Positions 1 to 8,664 of a stretch of DNA of 38,105 nt are shown here, piece by piece (positions within the stretch are counted from its first letter, which is position 1; every line of letters starts with the position of its first letter). The notes under the pieces were generated by a model. It did not search any database and had not been told where the DNA came from. It saw only the letters and a list, made by a program, of their open reading frames with translations. Source of the DNA: Mesoaciditogaceae bacterium (lineage in GTDB: Bacteria; Thermotogota; Thermotogae; Mesoaciditogales; Mesoaciditogaceae); assembly GCA_015486145.1 (NCBI GenBank), contig WFSH01000092.1, positions 1-38,105 on the forward strand. The letters are read 5' to 3'. Position numbers and translations under genes: made by a program.

Positions 1-294
1 ATCAAAAACACAAAAATATACCATATACAGGACAAATATTTCTTTGTACACGCCGGAGTAAAACCCAACAAACCACTACCTGAACAAGAAACAAAAGACC
101 TACTATGGATAAGAGATGAATTCATATATTCGAAAGCACCTTTAAGCGGATATACAATCGTTTTTGGACACACTCCCATGGAAAGGCCATTGATAGAAGA
201 TGATAAAATAGGAATAGACACCGGCTGCATATATGGAGGATTTCTCACATGCATTCGATTGAATGACAAAAAAATTTTTCAAGTGAGGTGCTAA
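1..294 (+). CDS. Metallophosphoesterase (ApaH/PrpE-like Ser/Thr phosphatase family), 3' fragment; 5' end is outside the window
   Basis: Frame 1 is open from base 1 to TAA 292-294. The translation (...FFVHAGV...LLWIRDEF...IVFGHTP...GIDTGCIYGG...) carries the GH and GxDxG-type motifs of calcineurin-like phosphoesterases. Confidence 0.7.
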   Translation: MKNTKIYHIQDKYFFVHAGVKPNKPLPEQETKDLLWIRDEFIYSKAPLSGYTIVFGHTPMERPLIEDDKIGIDTGCIYGGFLTCIRLNDKKIFQVRC

Positions 295-295
295 A

Positions 296-772
296 TTGAA
301 AGCAATATATCCCGGATCCTTCGATCCAATAACCTATGGTCATGTTGATATCGTAAAAAGAGCTACAAAAATATTTGGTGAAATAACGATCGTTTTAATG
401 AACAACCCACGAAAAAATCCACTATTTTCGATAGACGAAAGATTCGAAATGATAAAAGAGTCGGTAAAAGATATTAAGAATGTGGATGTTGAAATACACA
501 AGGGTTTGTTAGTCCAATACGTTAAATCGAGCTCGGCAAAAGTTGTGATAAGAGGTTTAAGAGCACTGGAAGATTTTGAATACGAGTTTGAAATGGCACT
601 AACAAACAGACAAATGTGTCCCGAACTCGAAATGGCATACCTAATGACAGATCTGAAATATCTCTTTGTGTCTTCCTCTATGGTAAAAGAAATAGCGCAA
701 TTTGGAGGAGAACTAAAAAAATGGGTGCCCCCCATCGTCGAAAAGGCACTTCAAAAAAAATTCAGACAGTGA
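296..772 (+). CDS. coaD: Phosphopantetheine adenylyltransferase
   Basis: TTG start 5 nt after GAGGTG. The N-terminus KAIYPGSFDPITYGHVDIV is the canonical CoaD nucleotidyltransferase (T/H)xGH motif. Length 158 aa. Confidence 0.93.
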   Translation: MKAIYPGSFDPITYGHVDIVKRATKIFGEITIVLMNNPRKNPLFSIDERFEMIKESVKDIKNVDVEIHKGLLVQYVKSSSAKVVIRGLRALEDFEYEFEMALTNRQMCPELEMAYLMTDLKYLFVSSSMVKEIAQFGGELKKWVPPIVEKALQKKFRQ

Positions 773-1617
773 CGATCCTGTGTGGAGGCAATTCTGAGGA
801 GAGAAAAATATCAATCCTAAGTGGCAAAAATGTCCACGATTCTTTGAAAAAAAAAGGAATTGAGTCTAAACTCTTCATATGGGACGGCAATTTTGAATCT
901 TTAAAAAAGATAGATGATCCCGTGTGTTTCATTGCACTTCACGGTTCTCCAGGTGAAAATGGCAAAGTACAGAATTACCTTGAAAAATTAGGCATCAAGT
1001 ACACTGGTTCAAAAGCTGAAAGCTGTGAACTCACGTATGATAAAATCAAAACCAAAGAATTCTTCTTAAAAATTGGCGTGAAAACGCCGAGATGGTGGGA
1101 GAAAAGGCCAAATCACTATCCTTACATGATCAAACCAAGGTTTGGTGGTTCAAGTATAGGTACAAAATTATGTTTTGCAAAAAGTGACTGTCAAACATTA
1201 AACAACGACTGTTTTTACGAAGAATACATCGATGGCCGAGAAATAAGTATATCAATAGTGGAAATAAACGGAAACGTGGAGATGCTTCCCATACTCGAGA
1301 TCATACCAGCTGGAGATTTTTACGATTATAACTCAAAATACACATCGAACGGCGCAAAACTCATAGCTCCAGCAGCGCTAAGCAAAAGTGAACAAACTCA
1401 TATAACTAAGTTGTCACTAAAAATTTATAAATACATGGCGTTGAGAGATTTTGCCAGAATAGATGGTATAATTTCAAGGGAAGAAGTTTACTTCTTGGAA
1501 GTAAATTCCATTCCTGGAATGACTCCGATGAGTGATCTTCCAGCATCTGCCAAAGCAGGAGGATATTCGTTGGGCGAAATTGCTTTGCAAGCGATCAAGA
1601 TGGCTTGCAGGAGGTGA
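769..1617 (+). CDS. ddl: D-alanine--D-alanine ligase (short form)
   Basis: The ORF is open from 616, but the conserved Ddl N-terminus ([18 protein letters not shown]) begins at GTG 769, which overlaps the coaD stop as GTGA. ATP-grasp body with EVNSIPGMT near the C-terminus. ATG 721 is an alternative start. Confidence 0.88.
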   Translation: MTILCGGNSEERKISILSGKNVHDSLKKKGIESKLFIWDGNFESLKKIDDPVCFIALHGSPGENGKVQNYLEKLGIKYTGSKAESCELTYDKIKTKEFFLKIGVKTPRWWEKRPNHYPYMIKPRFGGSSIGTKLCFAKSDCQTLNNDCFYEEYIDGREISISIVEINGNVEMLPILEIIPAGDFYDYNSKYTSNGAKLIAPAALSKSEQTHITKLSLKIYKYMALRDFARIDGIISREEVYFLEVNSIPGMTPMSDLPASAKAGGYSLGEIALQAIKMACRR

Positions 1618-1622
1618 AAAAG

Positions 1623-2153
1623 GTGAATTTTTTGGGAACAACAGTTGTAGCTATCAGAAAAGATGGCAAGACTGTTATGGCAGGTGATGGGCAAGTAACA
1701 CTTGGAGAAACGGTTATGAAAGCCACTGCTAAAAAAGTGAGAAAACTCGGAGATGGAAAAGTGCTTGCTGGCTTTGCCGGATCGGTGGCCGATGCCTTCA
1801 CACTTTTTGAAAGATTTGAAGCAAAGCTCAGGGAGTCCAACAGTATCCTGATGCGTGCAGCGGTAGAACTTGCCAAGGATTGGAGAACTGATCGGGTTTT
1901 GAGACGACTTGAAGCACTTCTAATGGTGGCAGATTTTGACAACATTTTGTTAATTTCTGGAAACGGTGAGATAATTCAACCTGATGAACCCATAATGTCA
2001 ATAGGATCTGGAGGTTCATATGCCCTCGCTGCTGCAAGAGCCCTTTATCGAAATACAGAACTAAATGCCAAAGAAATAGCAACAAAAGCGTTGGAAATTG
2101 CCGGAGAAATTTGCATATACACAAATTCCAACATAACAATTGAAGAACTTTAA
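1623..2153 (+). CDS. hslV: ATP-dependent protease HslVU, peptidase subunit
   Basis: AGGAGG at 1609-1614 with GTG 1623 eight nt downstream. The product starts [15 protein letters not shown], with the catalytic Thr after a short leader, and contains GDGQVT and GSGG motifs. It closely resembles Thermotoga HslV as I remember it. Confidence 0.93.
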   Translation: MNFLGTTVVAIRKDGKTVMAGDGQVTLGETVMKATAKKVRKLGDGKVLAGFAGSVADAFTLFERFEAKLRESNSILMRAAVELAKDWRTDRVLRRLEALLMVADFDNILLISGNGEIIQPDEPIMSIGSGGSYALAAARALYRNTELNAKEIATKALEIAGEICIYTNSNITIEEL

Positions 2154-2166
2154 GGAGGCGCTTGAT

Positions 2167-3555
2167 TTGATCTTGAATATAGATGAGTTAACCCCAAAAC
2201 AAATAGTGTTTGAGCTTGACAAGTACATAGTTGGCCAAAATGAGGCAAAGAAATCGGTTGCCATAGCTCTTAGAAATAGAATAAGAAGGATGAAATTGTC
2301 GGAGGAAATGCAAAGAGATGTCATTCCCAAAAACATTCTAATGGTAGGTCCCACAGGTGTTGGCAAAACCGAGATCGCTCGCAGACTGGCTCAACTGTCT
2401 GGTTCACCTTTCATAAAGATCGAGGTTACACGCTACACAGAAGTTGGATACGTTGGAAAATCAGTTGAGTCCATAATCCGTGATCTCGTTGAAGCAAGTG
2501 TGAACACCGTTAAGTCAGAAATGATGCAAAAGGTTGAAAAAGAGGCAAAAAAGGCCGTGGAAGAACGCATACTCGATGCGATTGTTCCTGAAAGTGTGAG
2601 AAAAAGACAACAGCCTGGATTTTTCAACTTTTTTCAAAACCCTCAACAGACTACAATTTCTCCGGAAGCTCACAGAAACGCAAAAACGAGGCGTAATGAG
2701 ATGCGGGAAAGACTTAAAAATGGAGAGCTCGAAGAAATGGAGATAGAAATAGAAGTTGAGGATAGCACCCCGGTAATGCCCGTTATTGGTGGGGTGAACA
2801 TGGAAGATATGAATATCGATCTTCAAGATATGTTTGGGAGCATGTTGCCAAAGAGAATGAAACGCAAGCGAGTTAAAGTCAAAGATGCGAGAAGGTTGCT
2901 GCTTCCAATCGAATCGGAAAAAATGATCGATAAGGACAGCATGATTCAAGAGGCTCTCGAACGTGCACAGTATAAAGGAATAGTGTTTTTAGACGAGTTT
3001 GATAAAATAGTGGCTACAAACTCCAAAAGTGGCCCTGATGTTTCGAGAGAAGGAGTTCAAAGAGACCTTTTACCCATTGTCGAGGGAACGAACGTTACAA
3101 CCAAATACGGCATGGTGAAGACCGATTATGTACTTTTCATAGCGGCAGGAGCCTTTCACCTATCAAAACCTTCCGATCTCATTCCGGAAATACAGGGACG
3201 TTTTCCGATAAGGGTGGAATTAAACGCGTTGACTCAAAAAGATTTTGAAAGGATTCTCGTTGAACCAGAAAATTCTTTGATAAAGCAATACAAGGCTTTG
3301 CTTGCCACAGAAGGGGTAGATGTTCAGTTTAACGAAGATGGGATATCCGAGATAGCCCGCATGGCTTATGAAATGAATGAAAAACAGGAGAATATAGGAG
3401 CGAGAAGACTCTACACGATTGTCGAAAAGTTGATGGAAGACATATCGTTTGAAGCTCCAGATATTGAGAGTCCCGTGTTGATAAACAAAGAATTTGTCAT
3501 GAAAAAACTTGGTGATATCATAAAGAATGACGATCTAAGTTCCTATATACTTTAG
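2167..3555 (+). CDS. hslU: ATP-dependent protease HslVU, ATPase subunit
   Basis: AAGGAGG at 2152-2158 with TTG 2167 eight nt downstream (the ORF is open from 2140). LTPKQIVFELDKYIVGQ, Walker A GPTGVGKTEIARRLA, the I-domain insertion, Walker B FLDEFDKI, and a C-terminal SSYIL tail. Confidence 0.93.
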   Translation: MILNIDELTPKQIVFELDKYIVGQNEAKKSVAIALRNRIRRMKLSEEMQRDVIPKNILMVGPTGVGKTEIARRLAQLSGSPFIKIEVTRYTEVGYVGKSVESIIRDLVEASVNTVKSEMMQKVEKEAKKAVEERILDAIVPESVRKRQQPGFFNFFQNPQQTTISPEAHRNAKTRRNEMRERLKNGELEEMEIEIEVEDSTPVMPVIGGVNMEDMNIDLQDMFGSMLPKRMKRKRVKVKDARRLLLPIESEKMIDKDSMIQEALERAQYKGIVFLDEFDKIVATNSKSGPDVSREGVQRDLLPIVEGTNVTTKYGMVKTDYVLFIAAGAFHLSKPSDLIPEIQGRFPIRVELNALTQKDFERILVEPENSLIKQYKALLATEGVDVQFNEDGISEIARMAYEMNEKQENIGARRLYTIVEKLMEDISFEAPDIESPVLINKEFVMKKLGDIIKNDDLSSYIL

Positions 3556-3578
3556 AAAATTTAGAAGGAGAGTTGAAG

Positions 3579-4895
3579 ATGTTTGAAGTTATCGATGAGA
3601 AACAAAATGTGAAAACCGTGAAGATTCTTTTACCGCACGAAGAGGTGGAAGAAGCCAGAGAGGAAGCATATGCCGATCTCTCAAAAAACATAAAAGTTAA
3701 AGGATTTAGACAAGGCATGGTACCCAAAAAGTTGTTGAACGCGATAATAGGAACCGAAAAAGTGAATGAGATGATCAAAGAAATAGTAGCTGACAAAGCT
3801 TTGGATATACTTTACGAAGATGAAAAGTTTCAAAAAGAAAATCTCATGTTGCCTCCTGCACTCGTTTCTGTGGATCTTGGAAAAACCACTAACGCAGTTT
3901 TCGAGATACACAATTATCCCGAGGTTACAATCGAGTCTATGGATGGTGAAAAAATAGAAGTTCCGGGGATAGACGAAGAAGGAATAGAGGAAGACTTGGA
4001 AGATCGGCTTCAAGAGTTGCGAGAGCAGAATGTTGTTCTCGAACCAAAAGATGAAAAAGAAGCCATTGAAATAGGTGATCAAGTAGAATTGGAGTACAAC
4101 GTAAAGGAAGAGCGTGAAAATCCAAAAGAATTTGAAATAGTGATAAAAGATCCCGAGGAGGGTAAAATATTCTCAGATCTCATTGGGAAAAAAGTCGGAG
4201 ACACGATCGAATTCGAAGAAGATAACGGCGAAGATGAGAAAAAGTCCGTGTATTTTATGACCGTAAAACGTGCATACAAAAGGATTTTACCCAACTTAGA
4301 TGATGAATTTGCAAAAACAGTTGACAACGACGTGCAGACATTTGAAGAATTGAAGACAAAATTGCGAAACGAGATAAAAAAAGAACGGGAACGCTTTGTA
4401 GAAGAGGGCAAAATCGCCATGGTACTCAAAAAACTCGAGTCTAAAACTCGATTGAACATATCCGAGCATTCTTTGAACTTGTTCATCAATCATGTAATTG
4501 CGCGACAAAAAAGGGAAAAAGAGTATGAAAGAGCACTGAAAGATTTCAAGGGTGACGAAGAAAAATACCGAAATACTTTGAAAGAGGAGCTTGTGAAGTA
4601 TTTAAAAATCAAAGGCGCAGTTGAAAAACTTTCCAGTGAAAATGATATAAAAATTTCAGAAGATGAAATCTTTGAAAATGCCAAAAATTCTCTTGGTTAT
4701 TTGGGAGTTAGTGATGAAAGACTCAAGGTGATGCTCTCTAAGAATAAGAACTTTTACGATCGCATGAGGGACGAGGTAATGCACCGTAAAGTTGCCGAGG
4801 AACTTCTGAAGACTGTAAAAGTGGAAGTCTTGGATACGGGAGAGGAACCCTTAGAGTCTGGGGTATCAGCAGAGGAGGAAGAACAGAATGACTGA
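3579..4895 (+). CDS. tig: Trigger factor (ribosome-associated chaperone/PPIase)
   Basis: AAGGAG at 3565-3570 with ATG 3579. The [12 protein letters not shown] motif is the ribosome-binding TF signature (GFRxGxxP). About 438 aa with an acidic C-terminal tail. Its position directly upstream of clpP-clpX is typical. Confidence 0.9.
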   Translation: MFEVIDEKQNVKTVKILLPHEEVEEAREEAYADLSKNIKVKGFRQGMVPKKLLNAIIGTEKVNEMIKEIVADKALDILYEDEKFQKENLMLPPALVSVDLGKTTNAVFEIHNYPEVTIESMDGEKIEVPGIDEEGIEEDLEDRLQELREQNVVLEPKDEKEAIEIGDQVELEYNVKEERENPKEFEIVIKDPEEGKIFSDLIGKKVGDTIEFEEDNGEDEKKSVYFMTVKRAYKRILPNLDDEFAKTVDNDVQTFEELKTKLRNEIKKERERFVEEGKIAMVLKKLESKTRLNISEHSLNLFINHVIARQKREKEYERALKDFKGDEEKYRNTLKEELVKYLKIKGAVEKLSSENDIKISEDEIFENAKNSLGYLGVSDERLKVMLSKNKNFYDRMRDEVMHRKVAEELLKTVKVEVLDTGEEPLESGVSAEEEEQND

Positions 4896-5496
4896 AGAGC
4901 CGAGAGATCAAAATGTGCCAATAGTCATTGAAACCACTGGTAGAACCGAGCGGGCATACGACATATATTCCCGATTACTCAAAGATAGGATCGTGTTTGT
5001 TGAAGGGGCAATTAACGAGTACAATTCGGGTCTTGTTGTGGCACAACTTCTTTTCCTTGAAGCCCAGGATCCCGAGAAAGAAATCTACCTTTACATAAAT
5101 TCTCCAGGTGGTTCCATCACTGCAGGAATGGCCATATACGATACGATGCGATTCATAAAGTGTGATGTGGTTACCACCGCAATAGGGCAGGCAGCTTCGA
5201 TGGCAGCGATCCTTTTAACCGCAGGTACGAAGGGAAAACGTTACGCACTTCCTCACGCTTCCATAATGATTCATCAACCGTTGGGCGGAACGGAGGGTCA
5301 GGCGATCGATATAGAAATTCGTGCGAAAGAAATTATGAGGCTCAAGCGTGAGTTGAACGCCATCATCTCGTTTCACACCGGTCAACCTATTGAAAAAGTT
5401 GAAAAAGACACCGATAGGGATTTCTTTATGACTTCTCAAGATGCGCTTGAATATGGACTGATAGATAAAGTCATTTCGTCAAAGAGAGATTCATGA
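4888..5496 (+). CDS. clpP: ATP-dependent Clp protease proteolytic subunit
   Basis: ATG overlaps the tig stop by 8 nt. [24 protein letters not shown], the catalytic-Ser context GQAASMAA, and IMIHQPLGG. Confidence 0.95.
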   Translation: MTEEPRDQNVPIVIETTGRTERAYDIYSRLLKDRIVFVEGAINEYNSGLVVAQLLFLEAQDPEKEIYLYINSPGGSITAGMAIYDTMRFIKCDVVTTAIGQAASMAAILLTAGTKGKRYALPHASIMIHQPLGGTEGQAIDIEIRAKEIMRLKRELNAIISFHTGQPIEKVEKDTDRDFFMTSQDALEYGLIDKVISSKRDS

Positions 5497-5512
5497 ATTT
5501 GGAGGTAGAAAG

Positions 5513-6742
5513 TTGAAAAACGAAAAATTTTGTTCTTTTTGTGGAAGACCCTCTTCTGAAGTTAACAAATTGATAGCAGGGCCAAGCGGTGTCTACATTT
5601 GTGATGAGTGTGTAGAACTTTTTCACGATATTTTACACGACAACTCGAAGTTGAAAGCGGGTTCTTCAAAAAAACCGCTTCATCTTCCAGGTCCTGTGGA
5701 GATAAAAGCAGAACTGGATAAGTACGTGATTGGTCAAGAAAGGGCTAAGAGGGCGATAAGCGTTGCGGTTTACAATCATTACAAGCGTGTTTTTATGGGC
5801 AAGAAATTTGACGACGTCGAAATAGAAAAATCCAACATAATGTTGATAGGTCCAACAGGTTCTGGAAAGACATTGATAGCACGTGTGTTGGCGAAAATTT
5901 TGGATGTTCCTTTTGCCATAGCAGATGCCACACCTTTAACGGAGGCGGGATACGTTGGTGAAGATGTGGAAAATGTCATACTGAGACTATTACAAGTTGC
6001 GGATTTTGATGTGGAACGTGCCAAACATGGGATCATTTACATAGATGAAATTGATAAAATTGCCAGAAAATCACAAAACGTGTCCATCACTAGAGATGTT
6101 TCCGGAGAAGGTGTTCAACAGGCTCTTCTCAAAATAGTTGAAGGAACAATCGCAAATGTCCCCCCCCAAGGTGGAAGGAAGCATCCTTATCAAGAGTTTA
6201 TAAAGGTGGATACAACAGACATTTTATTCATCGTTGGAGGGGCATTTGATGGGCTTGAAGAGATCGTTAAATCCCGAACTCAGCAGAGTACAATGGGATT
6301 CAGTGCCAAGATCAAATCCAAAAAGAGCGAAACGGTCACAAATCTTCTCAAACAAGTGGTGCCAGATGATCTCGTACATTACGGTATAATACCAGAATTT
6401 GTCGGAAGATTTCCGATAGTGACCACTCTTGAAGAGCTCAGTGAAGAACAACTTGTTCGAATTCTCACAGAACCGAAGAACGCTGTGGAAAAGCAATATA
6501 AGAAACTTCTCGAACTCGATAAAGTTAAATTGGAATTTGAAAAAGAAGCTTTGTACAAGATTGCAAAGCTTGCCAAGAAGCGTGGTACGGGTGCGAGAGG
6601 TCTTAAAAGTGTAATGGATGAGGTCATGATGGACGTGATGTTTGAAATTCCGAGCCTTCAAAACGTTCGCCGGGTGATCGTAACTGCAGAAACTGTGAGC
6701 AAAGGTGAAAAACCGATAGTTGAACTTAAAGAATCAGCTTAA
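5513..6742 (+). CDS. clpX: ATP-dependent Clp protease ATP-binding subunit ClpX
   Basis: GGAGG at 5501-5505 with TTG 5513. N-terminal zinc ribbon CSFCG...CDEC, Walker [12 protein letters not shown], the pore loop GYVGEDV, the RKH loop, and Walker [11 protein letters not shown]. Confidence 0.95.
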   Translation: MKNEKFCSFCGRPSSEVNKLIAGPSGVYICDECVELFHDILHDNSKLKAGSSKKPLHLPGPVEIKAELDKYVIGQERAKRAISVAVYNHYKRVFMGKKFDDVEIEKSNIMLIGPTGSGKTLIARVLAKILDVPFAIADATPLTEAGYVGEDVENVILRLLQVADFDVERAKHGIIYIDEIDKIARKSQNVSITRDVSGEGVQQALLKIVEGTIANVPPQGGRKHPYQEFIKVDTTDILFIVGGAFDGLEEIVKSRTQQSTMGFSAKIKSKKSETVTNLLKQVVPDDLVHYGIIPEFVGRFPIVTTLEELSEEQLVRILTEPKNAVEKQYKKLLELDKVKLEFEKEALYKIAKLAKKRGTGARGLKSVMDEVMMDVMFEIPSLQNVRRVIVTAETVSKGEKPIVELKESA

Positions 6743-6751
6743 GGTGAATAA

Positions 6752-7738
6752 ATGGCTCTTATTCTTGGCATAGAGAGTTCATGTGACGAAACATCCGTCG
6801 CGATTGTGGAGAATGGAAAAGATATTATCGCCGAGAAAACTGCGTCTCAAGTGAGGATACATGCTCCTTACGGTGGAGTTGTTCCTGAAATAGCTTCGCG
6901 GCATCATTTGGAAAACATTTCTGTGCTCATGCAAATGCTCATGGATGATTCGAAAGTCACTCCACGCTCCATATCAGCTGTGGCTGTTACATATGGGCCG
7001 GGATTAGCTGGACCGTTGCTTGTAGGTGTATCTTACGCCAAAGCGTTGGCTTATTCTTGGAAAGTTCCCTTAATAGCTGTTAACCACATGCTTGGACATC
7101 TTAATGCCGTGTTCCTCTTTGACGAAACGATCTCGTTGCCGTGTGTTGTGCTCATGGTCTCCGGTGCACATACAGAGATAGTGTACATGAGATCCTTGGA
7201 TTCATATAAAATTCTTGGGAAGTCAACAGATGATGCAGCGGGTGAATCTTTCGATAAAGTGGCGAGAATGCTGGGACTCGCGTATCCAGGTGGACCTGAA
7301 ATAGAAAAGATCGCAAAGTTTGGAAAGCCACGATACCGATTTCCAAAACCGAGAACAACTCGGAAATACGACTTCAGTTTTAGCGGGTTGAAGACGCATG
7401 TTAAATACTTTCTCGAGAAAAATCCAAACATAAAAAAGGAAGACGTGGCATCTTCTTTTCAGGAAACGGTGGCGGAATTGCTTGTGGAACGAGCCGTTGA
7501 AGCAGCTGAAGAGTATTCAGTTTCTGATGTGGTGGTTGCGGGAGGAGTGGCAGCTAACACCGTTTTGAGAGAAAAGGCTTACAATTTATTTGAAAAAAAG
7601 GGTATAAAATTCCATTTTCCACCTCTGAAATATTGTACCGATAACGCGGTTATGGTGGCAGCCGCAGGATGGCAGAATTACAAATCTGGCAGATTTGCCG
7701 ATCTCTCACTCAACGTGGTTCCAAATTTGGAGGTATGA
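6752..7738 (+). CDS. tsaD: tRNA N6-adenosine threonylcarbamoyltransferase TsaD (Gcp/Kae1 family)
   Basis: LILGIESSCDETSVAIV, the metal-site HMLGHL, and YCTDNAVM near the C-terminus. 328 aa. Confidence 0.93.
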   Translation: MALILGIESSCDETSVAIVENGKDIIAEKTASQVRIHAPYGGVVPEIASRHHLENISVLMQMLMDDSKVTPRSISAVAVTYGPGLAGPLLVGVSYAKALAYSWKVPLIAVNHMLGHLNAVFLFDETISLPCVVLMVSGAHTEIVYMRSLDSYKILGKSTDDAAGESFDKVARMLGLAYPGGPEIEKIAKFGKPRYRFPKPRTTRKYDFSFSGLKTHVKYFLEKNPNIKKEDVASSFQETVAELLVERAVEAAEEYSVSDVVVAGGVAANTVLREKAYNLFEKKGIKFHFPPLKYCTDNAVMVAAAGWQNYKSGRFADLSLNVVPNLEV

Positions 7739-7742
7739 ACAT

Positions 7743-8657
7743 TTGAGATTATCATACGGAAGTGCGAGATTTCTTGGACTTATAAAAACAGGACCACTTT
7801 TGAAAATGAAAACCATCTATCTCATGTTCGGTGAAAAATGTGTGTTTGATTGTGCCTATTGTGCTCAAGCGAGAACAAGTAAGGCTTCTGAGAGAATGCT
7901 TTCAAGGGTGATATGGCCGAAGTTTCAACAAGGAAAGGTTATAAGTGCCATAGAAAGATCATCAGAGGTAAAGCGTATTTGTTTGCAGGTTGTCTCTTCT
8001 AAGACGGCTAAAGACGAATCTTTTGACTTCATTGAAAATGTAAGAAATTTGAATATTCCGATTTCCGCAAGCGTTAGAGTACTCTCTGTAAAGGACTGTA
8101 TATCGTGGTTTGAACGGGGAGTGGAGAGATTGGGTATCGCCACGGATGTCGTGAATGAAAGGTTGTACAAATTGTATCGTGGTGGAGATTTTCAAAGCCA
8201 TGTTTCTCTTCTTAAAAAAGTGGCCGAGAGATTTCCACATAGGATCACCACTCATGCGATTGTGGGAATGGGTGAGAGCGAAAGGCAGATGACGGAATTC
8301 ATTCAAAATATGCATGACATAGGGGTGAAAGTTGGGTTGTTTGCGTTCACACCCATCAAGGGTACAAAACTTGAAAAGCATCCCAAGCCATCTATCAACA
8401 CTTACAGGAGGGTACAGCTTGCGCGGTTTCTCATAGAGAACGATTGGGCAAATGTGAGTAATTTTAAATTCTCTGAATCTGGTGAAATACTCGACTACGG
8501 TTTCGAACTGGAGAAAATACCCAATGAAGCTTTTATGACTTCTGGTTGTCCAAATTGCACACGGCCGTATTACAACGAAAATCCCGGAAAGGAGCCATAC
8601 AATTTTTTTAGTAAGGTTGAGCGTGCGAACTTTGTGATTGGAAACAGAAAGGTCTGA
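7743..8657 (+). CDS. Radical SAM protein, BioB/LipA-related (COG2516-like), function unassigned
   Basis: CxxxCxxC cluster motif CVFDCAYCAQ. GGAGG at 7729-7733 with TTG 7743 nine nt downstream; ATG 7806 is an alternative start. TIM-barrel-length body and a C-terminal SGCPNCTRPYYNE (CxxC). Confidence 0.78.
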   Translation: MRLSYGSARFLGLIKTGPLLKMKTIYLMFGEKCVFDCAYCAQARTSKASERMLSRVIWPKFQQGKVISAIERSSEVKRICLQVVSSKTAKDESFDFIENVRNLNIPISASVRVLSVKDCISWFERGVERLGIATDVVNERLYKLYRGGDFQSHVSLLKKVAERFPHRITTHAIVGMGESERQMTEFIQNMHDIGVKVGLFAFTPIKGTKLEKHPKPSINTYRRVQLARFLIENDWANVSNFKFSESGEILDYGFELEKIPNEAFMTSGCPNCTRPYYNENPGKEPYNFFSKVERANFVIGNRKV

Positions 8658-8664
8658 ACGATCG

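Noticed and set aside
340-735. A 131-aa ORF antisense to coaD. Many similar antisense ORFs exist (2515-2949, 4079-4489, 6224-6661, 11276-11683, 18353-18757, 26262-26771, 29739-30161, 30112-30564, 31615-32076).
   Set aside because: Each lies opposite a CDS with unmistakable family motifs. Their translations are low-complexity and S/F/L/I-rich with no motifs and no Shine-Dalgarno. Long antisense frames are expected by chance opposite codon-biased genes.
616-768. The 5' extension of the ddl reading frame, overlapping coaD by about 150 nt (ORF track start 616; ATG 721).
   Set aside because: The extension has no Ddl counterpart. The conserved Ddl N-terminus starts at GTG 769, which forms a GTGA overlap with the coaD stop. 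The same logic was applied to the extensions at 7695, 8638, 10320, 14546, 24065, 25226, 25579, 28916 and 37476.
6160-6167. A C8 homopolymer inside clpX, checked as a possible slippage or phase-variation tract.
   Set aside because: It encodes the conserved VPPQGG segment just before the RKH loop of an essential gene and the frame is intact. It is most likely just Pro-Pro codon usage.
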